From NCBI RefSeq assembly GCF_009914755.1, contig NC_060928.1: a stretch of DNA of 64,000 nucleotides; one strand, given 5' to 3'. Below the pieces are notes generated by a model. That model saw nothing but the letters and a program-made list of their open reading frames with translations, was not told the DNA's origin and did not search any database. Positions 47,981-64,000 of the stretch are shown here, piece by piece. The position numbers and the translations under genes are program-made. The stretch is from the human T2T-CHM13v2.0 reference genome, Homo sapiens. Position 1 is the stretch's first letter, and every line of letters starts with the position of its first letter.

Positions 47981-48738
47981 CCTGTTTTTAAAACTGAAGA
48001 TCGTACACATTCGAAAACAACTACAAATTCTCTTTCATTAGCTAATTTTATTTTATTGGTTCCTCTTGAAGTTAGATGATGTTATACATTCATGATCCCA
48101 GCCCAGAGCTCCTGATTCAGCCTAGCCAGGGTGAAACCCACCGGATTAACAAATGCCTCGTGTGATTCAGATGCAAATAGCCCATCAGCCCACTTCAGAA
48201 AGCTCCTCTCTAATCACTTACTAATGATAATTACTCTGAACTGGGACCTCTTTACGGAGGCTGAAGCTGTTTTTCTCTTGGTTAAGGTATTGTCATTAGT
48301 TTCCTGTCAGAGTCGGGGTCACCTCTCTGCCCTTGTCGGCCTGCCCAACAGTCACACAAGTTGAACGAATTCGGCAACCACCTCATTACTATTCATTGCC
48401 CATGCGGATATTCAAACGCAGCACACAGCTCTATCGCGGCTCCACTCCACGAAAAGTCCCAAGTATATACAAATAATTGTATAAACTACTAAAAATGCAC
48501 TTTAAATTAGTTCCACATCTCCAAGACACAGACAAACCAAGGCTATTGTCAAGAGTCCTTCTAGAAATGTGCCTTCAAAAGACACAAAAGGAAACAACGG
48601 GAGACGTTCAACGAGGACAGTCGTTTCCTCCGACGAGGGGAATGGAAAGCCTGGCGCTGGGAGAGCTGCGCTCTTGACCCTCCTTTCCCTCTAACTCGCC
48701 CAGCCATCTAGGGAAATGCACTTCGTTTTTGCGCTTCA

Positions 48739-49194
<456 letters not shown>

Positions 49195-49801
49195 TCAATA
49201 AAACCTTATTTACAACAACGGATTTTCTTTATTTCTTTACAAATACTCATGGGATCAAATAATTCAATTTTTAATTTTTAATATCATCATGATTCTATGC
49301 CCAGATCTAGGTTAAGGAAACAAAGTTGAAGAAACAAATTGCCTCTGATGTCCCAGCAGATAATGAAGTAGATCAAGATATACGACACACAAAATTATAC
49401 ACAAAACCTGTAGATTCTAGGAGTATTCCTATCAAGTTCTATTTAGTTGCTTAAAATAATTACCTTAGCATTCTAAAAATCTGTAAACAATATGGCATTT
49501 CTGAATATTTAACATTGGCCTTTTCAAAATGAAGTTCAATTACCATTTCCCCTGAGAAGCTGTAAGCCTGAGAGGGTCTCGGCCCCTGACACTACAGTTT
49601 TCAATCCTGGCTCGGCTGCTTACTGGCTGGTGATTGTGGGTGAGTTTCTATGCTCTTCAGTTTTCTCATCAGTAAAATAAAGATAAGAACAGCACCAACT
49701 TTGTGGGTTATCTGTGAGTAGTTAGTGTCCACATGTGCAGAAGTCTTTAGAACAGTGCTATATGTGTTTAATATTGTTATTTTTATTACTCTCGGTTTTA
49801 A

Positions 49802-51147
<1,346 letters not shown>

Positions 51148-51504
51148 TAACTGACACAAAAGGTCTTCCTCTTATGTGACAGTATATTACGATGGTATGA
51201 TATACCATCCTATTGACTAATATTTAAAATTGCAAATCACTTATCGAAATCCAGATTTTTAAAGATTAGGTTTAAATCTGAATGCTTCACAAAGATCACT
51301 TGGCTGCCCCGGAAGAGCTGAGTTCCCCCCGCGCTCAGAGGCCGAAGAGGTCTTTGCGATTATGGGAGCTTTCTTACCACTGTGGGCACAGAGTCTCACG
51401 GCACCTACACAAAGGGCCTGCTCTTGTATTTTTTTGTGGTTTCCCATTCCATTCAGCACAGACAAAGGGACCCGTTGAAAGGCACACAGGTGGATTCTCT
51501 TAAA

Positions 51505-51750
51505 AGACATTTACGGATATTAAAATTTTAAAGTTTATCTGAGCAAAAAGCTATTCATAAATTGGGCAGCTCCAGACGGCAAGCAGTTGGGCTCCACCAA
51601 GGAGGGGAGTCGAGGGGACTACTTTTATAAGATGTTTGTAGAAAGAGGCTGGTTAAGCTTAATTTACTATTCACACTGAGCACTGTTTCCGTTTGCTGAC
51701 AGAGGAACTCAAGGGATTGGGGCCAGCTCAACCTAATGGTCTCTCAATTG
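51505..51750. mobile_element. ERV1 LTR fragment (MER67-like)
   Basis: Resembles the MER4-group LTR motif (TTTATCTGAGCAAAAAGCTATTCATAAATTGGGCAGC). Confidence 0.4.
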
Positions 51751-52038
51751 ATTTTTTTTTTTTTTTTTTTGAGACGGATTCTCGCTCTGTCGCCCAGGCT
51801 GGAGTGCAGTGGCGCGATCTTGGCTCACTTTCCAGGTTTTCTTATTGCCCTTTTTCTTTATTTCGGCAAGAGTGAGGGACATGCAGCCAACAGTCTCCAG
51901 TAATTCTTCACTCTGGCTTCCTTCAGTAGGGACTTGACATTTTGATGTAGGTGTCTTGATGCTCTTGTTTTTACATGTACATTTTCCCTCGGACCAAAAA
52001 ACAAACATTAAATATTTCCTCAAAAAAAAAAAGCTTTA

Positions 52039-53670
<1,632 letters not shown>

Positions 53671-53745
53671 GAAAAGATAAGCTTAACAAAAAAGAAAAGA
53701 AACTTTTAACCTTTAGGTTGATTAAATTTCTACGAGATTTTCTGA

Positions 53746-56050
<2,305 letters not shown>

Positions 56051-56240
56051 TATGCTAGATTTTCTGTGTATTACAGGGTTCTTTTTATACAGCAATTACC
56101 AAAAAAAAAAAAAAAAAAAAAAACCTGCCTACTGCCTACATATAAACATTTTTATCTGAGATATTTCCATTATACCTCTAAATGAAGAAAGTAAATGCTA
56201 ACAGTTGTTAACTGATAATTTGTTCAACAAATATGCATTA

Positions 56241-57357
<1,117 letters not shown>

Positions 57358-57472
57358 GGGACAGGCATGGGGCATGCCAGGCAGGCAATTTTAGACTGTA
57401 CTTGTGTAGATCTTTACTTGACGTTGCAGAAATGTCAACTGTTTATATATGTATTTTTAATGGTAGTGTATG

Positions 57473-58234
57473 TGATACAGAAGTGCTGGGTAGAGAAGAG
57501 CATGGTCCCTTTAAATAATTCGGAAGTGGGGAAGGGATGTGCCGGGTAAAGGAGGGCGTGGTCCTTAGCTAGGGCTCCGCCCCCACGGACCTAGGTGAGG
57601 ACAGGCATCTCTGCCCAAATGTTGCATTTCCCGCCCAAATGTTGCATTTCCCAAAACCACCCTGGCCTGCCATGGCCGCATCCTGGGCCTATAAAAACCC
57701 AAGATGCTAGCAAGGCAGTGACAGAGGCCGCCAGACGTTGAGAGGACAAGTCAGCAGAAGACGCCACAGCCGCTGGCGGTGGAGAGGAGGTCGAGAGGCT
57801 CACGCGCGCAGAAGAAAATACCGGCACACGGACAGGCCATTGACCGGCAGGACCAGGCGGAGTTTGGCCCGGGCAGTGGGAGGAGAGCCAGGGGAAGATC
57901 ATCTTCCTTCTGGCTCCCCATCGTGGGAGAGTTAACACTTGACACTCGTTCTCCAAGCCCAGGTGTGCTGCGATTCTTCAGGTACACCAAGGCAAGAACC
58001 CGGGATACAGAAATCCCTCTCTCCTTGCGATAAGGAAGGGGGCCTATTGAGCTGGTTAACATGAGCCGCCTATAGACACCTTGTAACAGACGCCCCCTGG
58101 GTCTTCAGGAGCCGTAAACATCCACCGCAGACACCGCCGTGGGGTCGGAGCCGCACAAAGCTCCCCTGGAGGTTTGAGCAGCGGGAAGCGAGCCAGAGCC
58201 ACACCCCAACTGCACACCCTGCGGGGGCCTTTCA
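57473..58234 (+). mobile_element. ERV1-class solo LTR (LTR1/LTR28/MER52-like group), CpG-retaining
   Basis: TG...CA termini, near-TSD TATG/GATG, TATAAAAA at 57690-57697, family-typical GC-rich body. Confidence 0.8.
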
Positions 58235-58444
58235 GATGGGAAGAGAGTAAGTCTCCTCCTGGTACTGTAACTTTGAGGTTTGGTGATTTTTTTTTTTTTT
58301 AAACAGTCTTTGAAGACTGATATAAATGGTTTGGCCAGTGCCACTACCAGGTGCTGTCTGGTTTTAGATGAATAACTTTAATTCCCTGAGCTTAACTTTT
58401 CATATTTTCTTAGTGTTTTGTGAATATTCAAGCTAAGTCAGCAG

Positions 58445-59302
58445 TAGCGACTTAGTGCATGACTTTTTGCCACCCCTAATGCATGTCCCTTTGCAATGTG
58501 ATGGTTATCTTCTCCCATCAATAGGTGAAGTCCATTTTCTCCTCCTTTGAGTCTGGGCTTGACTGACTAACACGGCTTTTGCTAATGGGAAATTAACAAA
58601 CATGATAAAGAGGCTTAAGAAGAACTGACGTTGGGGTTTTGCTTCCTGCTGCTCCTGGGACCCTGCTGTCATGTGAACACATCGGATTATCTTGTCGGAG
58701 AATGAGACCAGGGGAAGAGAACCAACCTACCCTGGCCGATAGAAAGCCACTCCCAGGGCCGGACACGGTGGCTCACGCCTGTAATCCCAGCACTTTGAGA
58801 GGCCAAGGTTGGTGGATCACTTGAGGCCAGGAGTTCGAGACCAGCCTGGCCAACATGATGAAAGCCCGTGTCTACTAAAAACACAAAAATTAGCTGGGCG
58901 TGGCGGGCGCCTGTGATCTCAGCTACTCCGGAGGCTGAGGCAGGAGAAGTGCATGAACCCGGGAGGTGGAGTTTGCAGTCAGCCAAGATTATGTGCTCCC
59001 CAGCCTGGGCAACAGAATGAGACTGCGTCTCAAAAAAAAAAAAAAAAAAGCAAAGAAAAAAAAGAAAGCCACTCCCAGAGGGTAAGTGGGGCCATCTGGA
59101 TATACTAGCCCTCACCAGTCCACTGACTGATCACCAGAATTTGCAAATGAAGACAAATGCATGAGTGAGCCTCACCAAAAATAGCAAGCAAAGTGTCCTG
59201 CCTCGCTCCAATGATGATCTATAGAATCATGAGTTGACAATTGTTGTGTTAGGACACTAAGGTTTGGAATGGTTCATGACACAGCAGTAGATTACCAATA
59301 CC
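58445..59302. mobile_element. MLT1F-type LTR split by an Alu
   Basis: CCCTTTGCAATGTGA...GAATCATGAG...ACAGCAGTAGATTACCAATAC motifs. Confidence 0.65.
58757..59062 (+). mobile_element. Alu
   Basis: Dimer, TSD AGAAAGCCACTCCCAG. Confidence 0.95.
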
Positions 59303-59396
59303 AGTCAAATGGTGATGAGAACAGAGTAACTGTTGCAAGTTTCAGAAGTAATGCTGTGTTTTTGTTTTTCTTTGAGAGGTTTGAGTGCTGTGCTCA

Positions 59397-60030
<634 letters not shown>

Positions 60031-61325
60031 ATGAGAATGGTATTTGCATATAGCCACTAGCTGGTCCCCAAAAGCCTCTTCCCTGGCCAACTGGTCTCCT
60101 GCAGAACCCTGACTAGTGACAATTCCTCCATGGAACCTCTTTTTCTATTATTAAACAATTATATAAGTGCATATTCTGGGTAGGAAGTGCTTTCACACTC
60201 TAAAAACCCTCTTCTGTGATGAAATCTGGTTGTTTTCCTTTAAAGATGAAATATATTTCTACTGACCCCAATGTGGAGATCAAGTGATTCTCACCTTGAA
60301 AGTATCATGGTTGGTCACTGTGATTAGAACAAGAAAATGCTGTGATTTTTCTCTGCAACAGTAGGGCCGACTTGTCCTGAAAGCCGAAAGTCTTTGCAGC
60401 GAAAGGAAAGGGTGCAGTGGATGACTCCTAGCCCTGAGAATAACATGGATCTGGAAGGTCCATATATCATTCAGTGAATCAGTAAACACCACTGGGTTCC
60501 CTTTGGGGATATAGCACCAACAATAAAGGGCCCTGTTCTGAATTCTCTGGAATTAAACTGAGTGTTCAGGATGCAAAACTCATTAAAAATTGGCAGTTGC
60601 GGCATGGCATGGCATAATAATAAATCCAGGAGCAGAAGGGATGCGAACCCATATATCAAATGAGGTCCCAAACGCTCCCCAGTGTGTGACTCCTGCTAGT
60701 TCTAGTGTGGCTGCCATTGCATGGGACGTGTTGGAGTCCTTCATGGGCGCTCCATGAAAGACATCTTTCTGTGCTACAGGCAGCCCTGGTGGGATGTGCT
60801 CCCACCACAATGAAAAAGTCAGCCCTAGAAAGATCAGTGGCAGAGGAAAGAAGTGGGTATTTTGCTTTGTTTTTTTCCCAAAACAGAAAGACGTAATTGC
60901 TATTCCCACTCTGGTAAGCTTGGCATATAAATACCAGGGACTCTGGTCTTCCTGGCAACCCCTCTCTCCATTGGTACTCAGTCACTCCAAGCATGTTCCA
61001 TGGCATGTTAATAAGTGCTGCTTCAACAAGCCTTAAAGAACATAGTTCCACTCTTCATGCTAATTGCCTATGCACATTCTCTCCCACCTTTCACCATCAC
61101 AAATTCAGAAACAGCCAGCAACTCCTCACAAGTGAATGGTATTAAGCTGTTAGGTCGTAAGTAAGACCAATTGAATCAACAGGTTCATAGGACTTTAAAC
61201 GTCACACTGCTTCAGATGTCTAGATCATCAGTTACTCCCATCCTGCTGTGCCTCCATCTCCAGGTTTCTTCACATGAGCTTACTAGCTTAAATGAGATTT
61301 ATTTGAACTAAAAAGGTGAAGGATG

Positions 61326-62355
<1,030 letters not shown>

Positions 62356-62549
62356 TCAAGCACACATGAAATCTTAAAATCATGTTCACGTGCTAGCATA
62401 CGAGGAAAACCTTAATCCATTCTGAAGATCAATATTATAAAGATTGTGGTCTGCTGATAATACAGTAAATTTGAAACCATTAGTAGATGATTGATTTAAA
62501 ATGTTATGCCCGGGACATTTACAACATGCAATTAAAAACTTCTGAGCAA

Positions 62550-63834
<1,285 letters not shown>

Positions 63835-64000
63835 AATTAAAATCTTCTGAGCAAAATGAGGTTCATTTTGAAGAATGTAGAATAAATGACAGCAGCACCC
63901 CATGTTGATATTGGTAGAACACTGCCAAAGCAGTATCTAGAGGGAAGTAAAGAACTTTAAATATATGAATGAAGAAATAAGAAAGATTGGCAACAAATTA

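Overview
This is primate (human-type) genomic DNA, very Alu-dense, containing one real protein-coding gene: ZFP42/REX1, a pluripotency-associated YY1-derived retrogene known to lie at human 4q35.2. The gene is on the + strand. It has a CpG-island promoter (~11.3-11.8 kb), three non-coding exons (~11715-11784, 15052-15217, 15553-15629) and a terminal exon (18657-~20990) carrying the whole 310-aa CDS (18752-19684). The rest is intergenic: about 55-60 Alus, a full-structure SVA with a collapsed VNTR ~3.7 kb upstream of the gene, old L1M, L2, MIR, MLT1, Tigger, Charlie and MER58 relics, ERV1-type solo LTRs, a 550-bp TG-rich repeat, and a TSD-flanked retrocopy of an mRNA 3' UTR (62550-63834; it resembles HNRNPA3 from memory). 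Nearly all other ORFs in the track are repeat artefacts. I see no evidence of a wholly new biological system. The most notable points are: ZFP42 is assembled from retro-parts, with one micro-uORF in each exonised repeat; REX1 has an internal 25-aa repeat amplification; the UTR-only retrocopy; an ancient L1 with twin-priming geometry; a CpG-rich L1 relic; and several candidate cis-elements around ZFP42. Repeat subfamily names and boundaries are by eye and approximate.
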